From Chitinophagaceae bacterium (GTDB lineage: Bacteria > Bacteroidota > Bacteroidia > Chitinophagales > Chitinophagaceae), in NCBI GenBank assembly GCA_036846185.1, contig DAIUCL010000001.1, positions 2,611-66,610 on the forward strand: DNA of 64,000 nucleotides, read 5' to 3'. A program made the position numbers and the translations under genes. Position 1 is the stretch's first letter. Every line of letters begins with the position of its first letter. Shown piece by piece: positions 29,215 to 39,765 of the stretch. Below the pieces are notes generated by a model. It had not been told where the DNA came from. It ran no database searches and saw only the letters and a program-made list of their open reading frames with translations.

Positions 29215-30633
29215 ATGTTCAACGACGATTATTTTGACGACGAATACAAAGACATAGAAGATCTCCTCATAGAATTTTACAAAATCAAACGAGGAGAGAA
29301 GCATAATATGCTCAACGAAGAAGATTTTGAAAGTCTGATTGATTTTTTTGAAAGCAACAAAGACCAAGAAAACGCCTCCCTCGCCTGCGACATCGCCACT
29401 ACCTTATATCCATTTTCCTCCATACTGCACCTTCGCAAAGCAGAGTTTCTTACCGATCACAAAAAATATGGACAAGCACTGAAGATATTGGATATACTAG
29501 ACGAACTAGATCCTCATAATATCGAATGTGTATTTTTGAAATCAGATATACTGATAGAGCAAAACAAATTCGCAGATGCCATAGACATTCTCGAAAAGCA
29601 AGTGGATAAATTTGATTCCGCCGACAAAACGGATATACTACTCGAACTGTCTGAAATCTATGACGAATTAGAAGAATTCGAAAAAGTGTACGAAACTCTC
29701 AAAAGAGTATTGGCCTATGAGCCTAACAATGAAGACGCACTCCTCCGAATCTGCTTCTGGGCCGAAATCAATAATCGCCACGAGGATAGCATTGAATTCC
29801 ACCTTCAGCTTATAGAAGAAGTGCCCTTCAATGCCATGGCATGGTACAACCTCGGAGTGGCCTATCAGGGCATTAAACTCTACGAAAAAGCCATCGACGC
29901 CTATGAATATTGCTTAGCCATTGATGACAAGTTCGAATACGCTTACCGTAATATGGGCGATGCTTATATGCAACTCAAGCAATACACCAAAGCAATAGAA
30001 GTATTAGAAACACATCTCAGTATTGCCAAAGCCGAAGATATTATACTCGAAGCCATTGGCTTTTGCTGGGAAAAACAAAAAGACTATACCAAAGCAAGAC
30101 AATACTATCGCAAAGCCTCACAACTTAGCCCGCAAGACGACTTAATCTTTTTCAAAATCGGCGAGACATACTCCAAAGAAGCACAATGGGAAAAAGCTAT
30201 AAAAGCTTACTCTGTAGCTCTACATATCAATAAATCCAACGCTAGCTATTGCTTGGCATTGGGCAACTGCTTGTTGGAAATGGGCGCCGATAAAGAAGCT
30301 CTTGTATGCTATCTGAATGCGGTACAACTCCGTCCCGACATCAAATCTACATGGCAATCGCTGGTCAAAGCTCTCTATACCTTTGGCTATTACGAAGAAG
30401 CCCTTACACAACTTTCTATTGCCGAAAGCCACTATGCGTACAAAATAGAATTTGTCTACTACAGAGCGGTGATACTCTTAGCTCTTGGCAAAACGAAAGA
30501 TGCCGTGCTGCACTTAGAAGAGGCACTAGAGGAAAACCCCAAAAAATCTTCTGCACTCCGTTTTTTAGATAAAGAAGCTCCTATGCACCCCGTCTTTGCC
30601 GACGTGCTAATACGTTACAAAAAGAAAAAATAG
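29215..30633 (+). CDS. Tetratricopeptide repeat protein
   Basis: 472 aa. Repeated A..Y..AL...P TPR periodicity runs throughout (for example WYNLGVAYQGIKLYEKAIDAYEYCLAID). Confidence 0.8.
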   Translation: MFNDDYFDDEYKDIEDLLIEFYKIKRGEKHNMLNEEDFESLIDFFESNKDQENASLACDIATTLYPFSSILHLRKAEFLTDHKKYGQALKILDILDELDPHNIECVFLKSDILIEQNKFADAIDILEKQVDKFDSADKTDILLELSEIYDELEEFEKVYETLKRVLAYEPNNEDALLRICFWAEINNRHEDSIEFHLQLIEEVPFNAMAWYNLGVAYQGIKLYEKAIDAYEYCLAIDDKFEYAYRNMGDAYMQLKQYTKAIEVLETHLSIAKAEDIILEAIGFCWEKQKDYTKARQYYRKASQLSPQDDLIFFKIGETYSKEAQWEKAIKAYSVALHINKSNASYCLALGNCLLEMGADKEALVCYLNAVQLRPDIKSTWQSLVKALYTFGYYEEALTQLSIAESHYAYKIEFVYYRAVILLALGKTKDAVLHLEEALEENPKKSSALRFLDKEAPMHPVFADVLIRYKKKK

Positions 30634-30759
30634 GTGGATTAATTTAGTTCGCCCCCCTATTCACTTCTTTATTACCTTGGGGCATACACAGCTTTATTTA
30701 TTGTGCAGTATGCAGCTTGTAAAGTAATATTGTAGCCATTAAATATAACTTACAAGCTT

Positions 30760-32304
30760 ATGATGGTAAAACTATTTGCCAGTGCCGTATACGGAGTAGA
30801 GGCGATTACGATAACGACCGAAGTAGATGTACTGGATGGTACAAAATTTTTTGTAGTAGGCCTGCCCGACAATGCAGTCAAAGAAAGCCAGCATCGAGTA
30901 GAAAGTGCGATCAAAAATAATCAATTTCGCTTCCCTCGTATCAAAGTAGTGGTCAATCTGTCTCCTGCCGATATTCGCAAATCAGGTAGCGCTTTTGACC
31001 TACCAATAGCCGTGGGTATCTTAGCAGCTACAGAGCAAGTACCTAAAGATAAACTACATCATTATGTCATTATGGGTGAGCTCAGCCTCGACGGCAGTAT
31101 CCTTCCTATCAAAGGCGCCTTACCTATAGCCATACAAGCTCGAAAGGAAGGCTTTGAAGCCCTCTTTGTACCCAAACAAAATGAACGAGAAGCAGGGCTT
31201 GTCAATAATATCAAGGTGTATGGTATTTCTCATATCAAAGATATTGTTGACTTCTTGAATGGGCATAGTGACTTACAACCAGTGGTAGTAGATACTCGCG
31301 ATGAATTTTTTCATGCTCAATATGATTTTGAAATAGACTTTTGCGATGTCAAGGGACAGCACAATATCAAAAGAGCCCTGGAAATAGCGGCAGCAGGAGG
31401 CCACAATGTAATATTGATAGGACCTCCGGGTGCCGGCAAAACGATGCTAGCTAAACGACTGCCGTCTATACTACCACCTCTTAGCTTGACTGAGGCATTA
31501 GAAACCACAAAAATCCACTCTGTAGCCGGCAAATTATCAGAGGACGCCACACTCGTTTCCAAACGCCCCTTTAGAAGCCCACACCATACGGTGAGTGATG
31601 TGGCCTTGGTGGGTGGTGGCGGACATCCTCAACCCGGCGAAATCTCCTTGGCTCACAATGGGGTATTGTTTTTGGATGAATTACCCGAGTTTAAACGAAC
31701 GGTACTAGAGGTGATGAGGCAGCCGATGGAAGAACGCAGAGTGACCATATCACGGGCAAAAATGTCGATCGATTATCCAGCCAATTTCATGCTGGTTGCC
31801 TCCATGAACCCTTGCCCCTGTGGCTACTTCAATCATCCCGAAAAAGAATGTAGTTGCCCACCCGGAACGGTACAAAAATATTTGAATCGTATATCAGGTC
31901 CTTTGCTCGACCGAATTGATTTGCATGTAGAGGTTACGCCGGTTTCGTTTAGTGAATTATCGTCTATCCATTCAGAATCACAGGAAAAAAGTGCTACTAT
32001 TCGAGAACGTGTATTGCAGGCAAGAGCGATACAAGGCGAGCGATACAAAGAACAAGAGGGTATCTATGCCAATGCGCAAATCAGTAGTAAGCAGCTTCAA
32101 CAGATTTGTATATTGAATACGGCAGGTCAAAGCTTATTGAAAACGGCTATGGAAAAACTCAATCTCTCTGCCCGAGCGTATGACAGAATCCTCAAAGTGT
32201 CGCGCACTATAGCTGACTTAGCCGGAAGTGCTGATATCAAAACGGAACATTTGGCCGAAGCGATTCAGTATCGAAGCCTGGATAGAGAAAACTGGGGAGG
32301 ATAA
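30760..32304 (+). CDS. comM: YifB/ComM family Mg-chelatase-like AAA+ ATPase
   Basis: 514 aa. Has an N-terminal Lon-protease-like domain, Walker A GPPGAGKT, Walker B LFLDELPEF and the zinc-ribbon-like segment CPCGY...CSC. Confidence 0.92.
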   Translation: MMVKLFASAVYGVEAITITTEVDVLDGTKFFVVGLPDNAVKESQHRVESAIKNNQFRFPRIKVVVNLSPADIRKSGSAFDLPIAVGILAATEQVPKDKLHHYVIMGELSLDGSILPIKGALPIAIQARKEGFEALFVPKQNEREAGLVNNIKVYGISHIKDIVDFLNGHSDLQPVVVDTRDEFFHAQYDFEIDFCDVKGQHNIKRALEIAAAGGHNVILIGPPGAGKTMLAKRLPSILPPLSLTEALETTKIHSVAGKLSEDATLVSKRPFRSPHHTVSDVALVGGGGHPQPGEISLAHNGVLFLDELPEFKRTVLEVMRQPMEERRVTISRAKMSIDYPANFMLVASMNPCPCGYFNHPEKECSCPPGTVQKYLNRISGPLLDRIDLHVEVTPVSFSELSSIHSESQEKSATIRERVLQARAIQGERYKEQEGIYANAQISSKQLQQICILNTAGQSLLKTAMEKLNLSARAYDRILKVSRTIADLAGSADIKTEHLAEAIQYRSLDRENWGG

Positions 32305-32467
32305 GTATTATTGAAAACAAGTGTGTAATATAATATCTCCTTACACTATCGTACAGACCGATGAAGATGGCCTATGAAGATGAACGGAGCGTCGCAAATC
32401 CGCTTCATTGTAGCACACAGCCGATACCATCATCTTCTTTTTGTTTTGGGTTGGAGAGAAGGTGCGA

Positions 32468-32653
32468 TTACCTTGTGGAGATTTCTTCGTAATCGATGTA
32501 CTCGCCGCTTTGGTTTGAATTCTTGTTTATCGACTCTGTATTGCCACTCCATTTTGCTTGGCTAGTCTTTTTTTCAAAAATGGGATCGATAAAAATTCGA
32601 AACAATTTTACAAGCAAATAAGCCATCAGCGTAAAAAAAATAAACCGAATCAT
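32468..32653 (-). CDS. Small membrane protein (DUF4834-like)
   Basis: ORF 32468-32710, with a likely start at MIRFIFFTLMAYLLVKLF. Has one TM helix and a GEYIDYEEI C-terminal motif that I recall for DUF4834. The family name is from memory only. Confidence 0.5.
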   Translation of the reverse strand: MIRFIFFTLMAYLLVKLFRIFIDPIFEKKTSQAKWSGNTESINKNSNQSGEYIDYEEISTR

Positions 32654-32795
32654 GGGGCAGACTGTTTGCTCCAAAGGTAATGGGTATTTGAACATGACAT
32701 CATCCTTCACTCCATATTTAACAATATCCTATACTTTTTTTCTGAATGTAAAAAAAAGTACTATCTTGTCGCTCAAATCTTAAATAGATACATCT

Positions 32796-33323
32796 ATGCG
32801 TGCCCCTTTTAATCTTCAAAAATGGATTGATGAAAATCGACACCTTTTGAAACCACCTGTTGCCAACAAAAATTTGTATCCGGAAGGCACTGACTATATC
32901 GTGATGATTGTAGCCGGCCCTAATGCCAGAAAAGATTATCACTTCAACGAAACCGAAGAACTCTTCTACCAACTCGAAGGAAACATTACAATCAAAACCC
33001 AACAAAATGGCAAACGTGTAGATGTTCATCTCGGTCCTGGCGATATGTTCCTACTACCCGGCAATATTCCCCACTCTCCCGGACGACATGAGAACTCCTT
33101 GGGACTAGTCATAGAACGAGTTCGCGAGGGCAAAGGTTTTAACGATGGCTTACTTTGGTTTTGTGAAGAATGTAATCATAAATTACATGAAACATATTTT
33201 GAACTCAAAAATATAGAAACGGATTTCTTACCCCATTTCAAAGAATTTTACAACTCAGAAGAACTTCGTACATGTAAACAATGTGGCCATATCATGGAGT
33301 CCGACCCTAGATTTACCAGCTAA
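32796..33323 (+). CDS. nbaC: 3-hydroxyanthranilate 3,4-dioxygenase
   Basis: 175 aa. The cupin core has the PPV.N...Y...D..VM.V.GPN.R.DYH....EE.FYQ..G pattern and the HSP His. A C-terminal rubredoxin-like CEEC...CKQC site is present. Confidence 0.88.
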   Translation: MRAPFNLQKWIDENRHLLKPPVANKNLYPEGTDYIVMIVAGPNARKDYHFNETEELFYQLEGNITIKTQQNGKRVDVHLGPGDMFLLPGNIPHSPGRHENSLGLVIERVREGKGFNDGLLWFCEECNHKLHETYFELKNIETDFLPHFKEFYNSEELRTCKQCGHIMESDPRFTS

Positions 33324-33426
33324 ATCCAACTTTTTTTGTCATTTTTCCGTCTTTTTTTTATCAACTATTCGCAATTTCAAAAAAACACTATACCTTTAAC
33401 AACGAATTTTAAGTAAACATCCAGAT

Positions 33427-34455
33427 ATGAAGAAATTATTAACAGCCTTAGGTGTGATGTTGGGCCTCAGTGCAGCAGCGCAAGATGTACACTTTACGCA
33501 GTATTTCACTTCTCCCCTCACACTCAATCCGGCCAACACCGGCTTGGTGAATTGCGATTGGAGAATTTCCTCCAACTACCGCAACCAATGGTCGAGTGTC
33601 AACAGCACCGGATACCAAACCGGAACTCTATCCTTTGATTTGGCCACACTTAGAGGAAAACTCAATGGAGATGCCTTAGGTGTAGGCGTAATGATGCTTT
33701 ATGACAAATCGGGCACAGGCTCACTGCAAAATATCACTACAGGCCTTTCACTAGCCTATCACAAACGCCTTAGCGACGACGAGGACAAACCACGTAATCT
33801 CTCTATCGGTGTGCAGGGTTATCTTACCCAAAAAAGTATTGACTTCAACAAACTCAAATTCGAAGACCAATACGAACCCTCAAGCGGTGGCACTCCTTAT
33901 AATACAAAAGAAAACTTTGGCAATGCCGACGTTACTTACCCCGATTTCAATGCAGGTATCATGTACTCAGGCTATGTCAATGACAGAGCGAATATGTACG
34001 CAGGGGTATCTTACTACCATATCACACAACCGGTAGAAACTTTCTTGAATGGTACACACAAAATCGCCTCTCGCTTCACCGCGTCTCTTGGAGGCTCGCT
34101 CCAAATGAATGAAAACATGATGCTCTTTGCCAGCGGTATGTATATGCAGCAAGCGAAAGCCAGTAGCCTTATGCTAGGTGCCGCTACAGGATTTATCATG
34201 AATCCTAATCATGAAGACGACGTTACTAACTCTGTCCTTTACCTCGGTGCTTGGTATCGCTATGGCGACGCAATTGCTCCCTATGTGGGTTTTGAATGGG
34301 CAAAAGCTAAAATTGGCATCAGCTACGATGTCAATCTATCCGGCTTCACTCCTGCCACTCGTGGCAATGGTGGCTTGGAAGTATCATTGATCTACAACGG
34401 TTGTATCATTCGAAATGAAACTCGTACTTACAATTTTGCTTGTCCTCGCTTCTAA
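33427..34455 (+). CDS. Type IX secretion system membrane protein, PorP/SprF family
   Basis: 342 aa. The signal peptide is followed by the family-defining QDVHFTQYFTSPLTLNPANTG N-terminus. Confidence 0.85.
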   Translation: MKKLLTALGVMLGLSAAAQDVHFTQYFTSPLTLNPANTGLVNCDWRISSNYRNQWSSVNSTGYQTGTLSFDLATLRGKLNGDALGVGVMMLYDKSGTGSLQNITTGLSLAYHKRLSDDEDKPRNLSIGVQGYLTQKSIDFNKLKFEDQYEPSSGGTPYNTKENFGNADVTYPDFNAGIMYSGYVNDRANMYAGVSYYHITQPVETFLNGTHKIASRFTASLGGSLQMNENMMLFASGMYMQQAKASSLMLGAATGFIMNPNHEDDVTNSVLYLGAWYRYGDAIAPYVGFEWAKAKIGISYDVNLSGFTPATRGNGGLEVSLIYNGCIIRNETRTYNFACPRF

Positions 34456-34476
34456 TCACTTATCTCACCATTATAC

Positions 34477-34504
34477 AAAGCTACCATAAGGTAGCTTTTT
34501 TTTT
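34477..34504 (+). terminator. Rho-independent terminator after the PorP/SprF gene
   Basis: AGCTACC-ATAA-GGTAGCT is followed by T9. Confidence 0.7.
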
Positions 34505-34541
34505 GATGATACTCCTATTGCCAGTAAGAACATATCTGATA

Positions 34542-34688
34542 GGAGCTCATCGACTGTGCTACCAGCCACTATTTCACGCTCTACGCTATATCTGCTTCGT
34601 GTTCATACAGGTGATAAATTGCATATATGCAGTACACTCAGCAGGATGCCGCTACGATCGTGGCTAAGTTTCATCGACAGTCATTCTA
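34542..34688 (+). repeat. Family A repeat, copy A8 (expanded hairpin region)
   Basis: Reads GGAGCTCATCG...GCTCTACGCTATATCTGCT...AGCAGGATGCCGCTACGATCGTGGCTAAGTTTCATCGAC. There is extra sequence between the CTGCT/AGCAG arms. Confidence 0.7.
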
Positions 34689-34729
34689 TGGGGCTACGGT
34701 ATCCCCGTCGCTGCATAATAATTACAGTA

Positions 34730-35725
34730 CTATCGCCCTACTATTCGAAGATACTTTTTATTCGCCTTATCAAAAGTCGGCTTTATACCTCTATTCAATA
34801 AAGGATAAGAATGTTTCATAGCCTCAGGTACACTATCTACTTCATCCGGCATAGGGTGTATCATTACCTCCGGATAAGACATAGCCTTACCATTGAAATC
34901 TAGCGCCCAGCTCTTGCGATTATATACACAGACCGCCAGGCAGGCACTACAATACTGATGATGAGCGAAATAAGGAAAACATCGACCGGTATCCACCACA
35001 AAACGATAATTTCCTTGTGGGGTTTTGCCTGCTGTGGTAGAGCGAGTAGCGGGTATAGCACCCGCCGGACAATAAATTTCACATGCATGACAATGATCGC
35101 AAAAATCAGCAATTCCCGCTTGCATTGGTTGATCGACTTGTAAGGGCATATCAGTGACAATACTACCTATACGAAACAATGGACCCAATTCAGGATTAAT
35201 AATAGAACCATGCCTGCCCAGCTCCCCAAAGCCCGCTTTGAGCGCAATAGGAATATGCAATAAATCGCTATCACCCAAAGGATGTTCAATACGACAAGGA
35301 TAACCCAGCTCTCTAATATACTGAGCGAGTGCGATAACTATTTCGCCCAAGCTATGGTAGATTCGCATACACTCAATAGCAGACTGCTCTGTGGGTACCA
35401 AACTGAAATGTTCGTACTCCATGGCCTGCCCCAGAGCAATAGCAAACTGCTCCTTCACTACGCGCCCCTCATACACATCACCTTCGTCTATAGCACAGAT
35501 ACCGACCAAATCGGCTCCTAACGCTAAGGCTTTATTCTTTATCAGGGTACTTGCTTCGCTCGTACTTGCAAAAGGATATACCTGACTATTGACTTCACCC
35601 TCAAATCGAGGGTACTGCTCGTGGTGAATCTGATGAAGCAGTTCATCCACTAGGGTAATTGATATTTTTCGTCCTCCAATGGCTTCATACCATTTATCCC
35701 ATTGAAAAGCCGGTATTGATGACAT
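34730..35725 (-). CDS. 4Fe-4S dicluster protein of the QueG / reductive-dehalogenase-like superfamily
   Basis: 331 aa. Two ferredoxin-type cysteine clusters are present (CDHCHACEIYCP and CSACLAVC). The layout KALALGADLVGI...GELGRHG resembles QueG/RdhA. Specific function is not assignable. Confidence 0.7.
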   Translation of the reverse strand: MSSIPAFQWDKWYEAIGGRKISITLVDELLHQIHHEQYPRFEGEVNSQVYPFASTSEASTLIKNKALALGADLVGICAIDEGDVYEGRVVKEQFAIALGQAMEYEHFSLVPTEQSAIECMRIYHSLGEIVIALAQYIRELGYPCRIEHPLGDSDLLHIPIALKAGFGELGRHGSIINPELGPLFRIGSIVTDMPLQVDQPMQAGIADFCDHCHACEIYCPAGAIPATRSTTAGKTPQGNYRFVVDTGRCFPYFAHHQYCSACLAVCVYNRKSWALDFNGKAMSYPEVMIHPMPDEVDSVPEAMKHSYPLLNRGIKPTFDKANKKYLRIVGR

Positions 35726-35800
35726 AATCTTTTGAATGTGTTATAAATCAGTTGAACGATGCACGTGTGAATATATAACAAAAATTGCAGAAATTGGAAC

Positions 35801-38008
35801 TTAAAAAGTATAGCTAATATCCATAAAAAAGCTTCGCTCCGGAAACAATTGCATTCCAGCAGTATTCATATGTCCACCTTGCATTATGCCTACCCCATTC
35901 AGAGGACTCGTCTGGATATTAAACATATTTTTGATACCGACCTGAAGCAACAAGGTATTCTTAAAAAAACGAGTTTGTACAGATGTATTTGCTATGTGCA
36001 TAGGATCGGTGTATACAAATTGTTGATCGACGGTGAGTATAGGTTGTAAGCTATTGAACTTATAATTAACGTTGAATGAGGTATTGTATTTTTTCAGTAG
36101 ATAGGCCAGTGTAGCGGATGCTTCTACGATTTGATGTTGAGGCATGAGCGATGAGCCTAATACATGTATAATACCTGTGCCGATTTGAGATGTCCATCGA
36201 TCATTTCTAAAACCGATTCTAATATTAGCGTTGTAATTTTTGTAGGATTCGACATTATCATATATTCTCAATATGCCATGATTATTGTAGCCTGCCAATG
36301 TGATGAGATTTTTGATATTGTTGTGGTTCAACGACAAGCTATACGTATACTCCCCATTTTGCACAGGTCTTATTTTTTCGGCAATTAATTCAATACGAGT
36401 CCCCAACTCGGGAGATAAATTTTCGTTTCCGAGAATGGTATGATTTTGGTCGATAAATTGAAGATACAATTCTTTCAAAGAAGGTGTTCTATATCCTTTG
36501 GCATACGACATTCTAAGGGTATTGTTTTTGCCAACATTATATTTCAAATGAAGGGCAGGCGTGAGGGCTGTTTTGTATCTACTATTGGCCGTGAGGCGTG
36601 CTGAGGGCTGCACACTAAGGCGTTTATACTGATAAAGTGCCGACCCGAACAAGCCTAGCTCTTGCAATTGCTGTTTGTCATCAGCGAGTTTGTAGCTGAG
36701 ACCGGTTTCGTGAGTATATTCATAGCCAAGTTGTATATCGGTATTTTTGACTTGCTGGTTGTGATATACTCCTCTCAGGTGAAGGGTATTAAACGTAGAG
36801 GTATCCTGATCGCCTCTGCTGAGGGTTTCAAACTGGTTAAGTGAGACGAGGTCTTTTTTGAAGCGGTTTTTTGTTCGATTGTAATTGGTATAGTTGTTGG
36901 TAAATACAAAGTTTGATTTACTACTTAGTTTTATATCTCCATTGATGGCATTAATGATTCGATGGGTGCGATAGTATTCATCAAAGGCGTATCCTTCGTA
37001 AGGATTAATAATCGGGGTACCTTTATTGGTAATTTTTTCGTTGAGGTAGCTACCAAAATAATTCAGTTTGACATTCTTGGATAGTTGATAATTGTACTGA
37101 ATATCTGCTGTGTATTGTGTTTTGGGTTTCCAGAGTTGGAAGCGATCTCCACTATCTTTGGGAGTCCAACCTTGAAAGAAATTTCGAGCTGCACTTATCA
37201 TGAGTTGATGAGTAGAATCGCCGTAGTTATAATGACCATTAAAATTGTAGCGACCTACGGTTTCGAAATAGCTTCGCACACCTCCACTGTGGTTTTTTTT
37301 GGGTGTCTGTGTGATTAAGTTGATTACTCCACCCATTGCATTGGAACCATATACTACACTCATAGGTCCTTGAATCATTTCTACACGCTTGATATTGTTC
37401 AGGTTGATTTGACCTAAATCGATATTTCCATTTTCACGACCGGTAAGAGGAATTCCGTTGATTAAGATTTTGATATTTTGACCACTTAGCCCTCCCATAT
37501 TGACAGAGCTACCTAATACATTATCATTGTTGACAAAATTGTTCAGTTCAAAATTCAATACATCATTGAGCGTGACCGCTCCTAATTTGGCTATTTGAGA
37601 CGCATTGATTGTATTCACTTTATAGATAGACTGCTGAGCCAAAACGGGACCCGCTTGACCGGTAACTACGACATCTCGAAGGCCGGATACAGATGGCTCT
37701 AGTATAAGGGTGTAATAAGCCGTGTCATTTCGGAGTGTACAATGGCTAGCTTTTAGACTAAGTTGTACAGATTGGTAGCCCAATGTTTTGGCATGTATCA
37801 CAAGAGGAAACTCAATGGATTGGAATGCCGCCCTACCAAGTGCATCCGTAATACTTTGTGTATTTGATACGGATGATTCTATACGAACACTTACTGCCTG
37901 AAGGGGCAATTTAGAATCCCTATCTTTGACAGTAAGTAGCAAATTGGTGGCTCTAGAAGTTAGAGCCACCAAGCTGTAAAAAATAATGATAGATAGGTTT
38001 TTGAGCAT
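35801..38008 (-). CDS. TonB-dependent receptor with CarboxypepD_reg-like N-terminal domain
   Basis: ORF 35801-38095; the start at 38008 (MLKNLSIIIF) avoids overlap with the upstream gene. The plug block is IKRVEMIQGPMSVVYGSNAMGGVINLIT. A long beta-barrel ends in an aromatic residue (ISYTF). Confidence 0.88.
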   Translation of the reverse strand: MLKNLSIIIFYSLVALTSRATNLLLTVKDRDSKLPLQAVSVRIESSVSNTQSITDALGRAAFQSIEFPLVIHAKTLGYQSVQLSLKASHCTLRNDTAYYTLILEPSVSGLRDVVVTGQAGPVLAQQSIYKVNTINASQIAKLGAVTLNDVLNFELNNFVNNDNVLGSSVNMGGLSGQNIKILINGIPLTGRENGNIDLGQINLNNIKRVEMIQGPMSVVYGSNAMGGVINLITQTPKKNHSGGVRSYFETVGRYNFNGHYNYGDSTHQLMISAARNFFQGWTPKDSGDRFQLWKPKTQYTADIQYNYQLSKNVKLNYFGSYLNEKITNKGTPIINPYEGYAFDEYYRTHRIINAINGDIKLSSKSNFVFTNNYTNYNRTKNRFKKDLVSLNQFETLSRGDQDTSTFNTLHLRGVYHNQQVKNTDIQLGYEYTHETGLSYKLADDKQQLQELGLFGSALYQYKRLSVQPSARLTANSRYKTALTPALHLKYNVGKNNTLRMSYAKGYRTPSLKELYLQFIDQNHTILGNENLSPELGTRIELIAEKIRPVQNGEYTYSLSLNHNNIKNLITLAGYNNHGILRIYDNVESYKNYNANIRIGFRNDRWTSQIGTGIIHVLGSSLMPQHQIVEASATLAYLLKKYNTSFNVNYKFNSLQPILTVDQQFVYTDPMHIANTSVQTRFFKNTLLLQVGIKNMFNIQTSPLNGVGIMQGGHMNTAGMQLFPERSFFMDISYTF

Positions 38009-38016
38009 GTATATGC

Positions 38017-39306
38017 TTAATGATTCACGATGAAGAATTCTGCAATTTGAATATTGTCGCCTTTGATTTGCAATAAGTATTGCCCTTGACTCCACTGACT
38101 TACTGGAAGGTTAAATGCATTCAGTCCATTGTTGATTTTCAAGTTTTTTTGTGTAAGTACTCTACCGGACATATCTATCACTACGAGCTGCGCCTCTGAA
38201 GTACTTTTGGCGTCTATTGCGATATGGAGAGTATGATTGCTTGGATTTGGGGATAAGCTATATTTGGTGATAATGGAAGCCACATCATTGACAGAAGTGG
38301 GTGCAACAATACGCTTACGAAGGTTAATATTGCCTGTAGCACTTCCACTGTAAGCGGTAAACTGCATTTGCCATAAGTTACCCGCTCTGTCTTCTACAAA
38401 ATAGGAATTTGAGTCTGCCACTGCCCAAGTGTTGGTAGACATGTCGAATGATTTCCAGTTGTATCCTACACCTGCGATATGGGTAGCCCAGTTACCGGCA
38501 AAGTTATAATAAGTATTGAATGCGGTATCTACCTGTATGTTTTGTGCACGGGCAACTTTTACGTTTTTGTTGCTAAGTGTACCTATTACATTATTGTTAG
38601 GAAACTGACCACTTCCGGGAGCATCAGTGGTATATCGAGTAAAGAGTAGATCCCATGAGCTGATTTCCGGTTCTCGGTTGGTATCAACACCAGTACTCAG
38701 ATTGAAGTACGCCATAAGTCGGTTCATAAATTTGGGTGAGCGGGCTACGGTATACACGGTGGTTTGATTGGTAGCCATGTCGCCTACCTGTACGGTATAT
38801 TCCATTTGTGTGGATACGAGTTGTTTGATCCATACTTTATAGTATCCTGTGCTGACACGTACGATAAATATAGAGTCGCCGATGATATTGTGTGATACGG
38901 GATCGTATTTGCCCCAGCCGAAATCGAAGGGTCCAACACCGGGTTTATTATTGAAAGCGCCAGAATACCATCCGTCATGATTATTGAAGCAAACAGTAGA
39001 ACTAGCTGTATCTGCAAGGGTAATAGTATTCCATTGGGAAGAATCTTTGTGTGTATTGAATACTTTGGTAAAGTTGTTGCCTGAATTGTGATTAGCCCAT
39101 ATGCCGGAGCTGTCGCCTGCGCTCATGGTGAAGGCCATGTGCCAATTCTTGTTATCTTCGGTACGGACAATGCCGTTGTTCATGCTATAAAAGACATCAT
39201 TTCCTGTTCCCATACCCATAGTAAGAGAGTCATTGATCCATGTTTGGCCATAGGAGGCACTCCCTAGTGCCATAATTGCCGTGATTGCTACTAAAATTTT
39301 CTTCAT
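38017..39306 (-). CDS. HmuY-like surface protein with T9SS C-terminal sorting domain
   Basis: ORF 38017-39354. The start at 39306 (MKKILVAITAIMALGSASYGQ) lies 19 nt from a CAAAGTTA -7 box at 39325-39332. It has WHMAF and SWDLLFTRY patterns reminiscent of HmuY-family proteins. The C-terminus LSPNPSNHTLHIAID...LLQIKG... looks like a T9SS type A sorting domain. Confidence 0.7.
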   Translation of the reverse strand: MKKILVAITAIMALGSASYGQTWINDSLTMGMGTGNDVFYSMNNGIVRTEDNKNWHMAFTMSAGDSSGIWANHNSGNNFTKVFNTHKDSSQWNTITLADTASSTVCFNNHDGWYSGAFNNKPGVGPFDFGWGKYDPVSHNIIGDSIFIVRVSTGYYKVWIKQLVSTQMEYTVQVGDMATNQTTVYTVARSPKFMNRLMAYFNLSTGVDTNREPEISSWDLLFTRYTTDAPGSGQFPNNNVIGTLSNKNVKVARAQNIQVDTAFNTYYNFAGNWATHIAGVGYNWKSFDMSTNTWAVADSNSYFVEDRAGNLWQMQFTAYSGSATGNINLRKRIVAPTSVNDVASIITKYSLSPNPSNHTLHIAIDAKSTSEAQLVVIDMSGRVLTQKNLKINNGLNAFNLPVSQWSQGQYLLQIKGDNIQIAEFFIVNH

Positions 39307-39324
39307 TTGTAATTGTTTATGTCG

Positions 39325-39332
39325 CAAAGTTA
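39325..39332 (-). promoter_or_regulatory. Bacteroidota -7 box upstream of the HmuY-like gene
   Basis: The plus strand CAAAGTTA is TAACTTTG on the minus strand, 18 nt from the ATG at 39306. Confidence 0.5.
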
Positions 39333-39611
39333 TAGAGATTGATATCCTTGTCATTCACTGATTAAAAAATATGACATTGCTATGACAAATAAGCGAATAG
39401 TCCATGATAATTATCAGGAAGTGAGGTGAAATCGGGTCATTATTTCCCTTTAATTTTTCAATAATAGATTATTTATCGACTTTCATAGTGAAGGGGTGAT
39501 TATGGATAAATTTTAGCCTGTGAGGAAGTGATAGGTGACTATGAATTAAATAGTTTTGGATTGCTATGATTCGATTAGCATGGGCACAAGACGATTTATG
39601 TTCGCTATGCA

Positions 39612-39739
39612 AGCTCAATATTGGAAATGTCGATGAAATATAGCCTTGATCGCAGTGGATATCCTCGCTCACCCCAAAAGGTGGGCGAGATAGGAGCGAA
39701 GAGCAAGACTTAGATGATAGAGTTGGGATGATGGGCTCC
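39612..39739 (-). repeat. Family A repeat, copy A7
   Basis: The plus strand reads CGATGAAATATAGCCTTGATCGCAGTGGATATCCTCGCTCACCC-CAAAA-GGTGGGCGAGATAGGAGCGAAGAGCAAG...GATGGGCTCC followed by an A-run. Confidence 0.75.
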
Positions 39740-39765
39740 AAAAAATAAAAACGGGTAAGCTGAAT

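Noticed and set aside
32340-32440. A possible eleventh, degenerate family A copy. CGATGAAGATGGCC resembles CGATGAAAACTAGCC, and there is a small GAACGGA...TCCGCTTC hairpin.
   Set aside because: The similarity is limited to about 14 nt. The conserved GATCGCAGCGG core and the GAGCTC end are absent, which is too weak to call.
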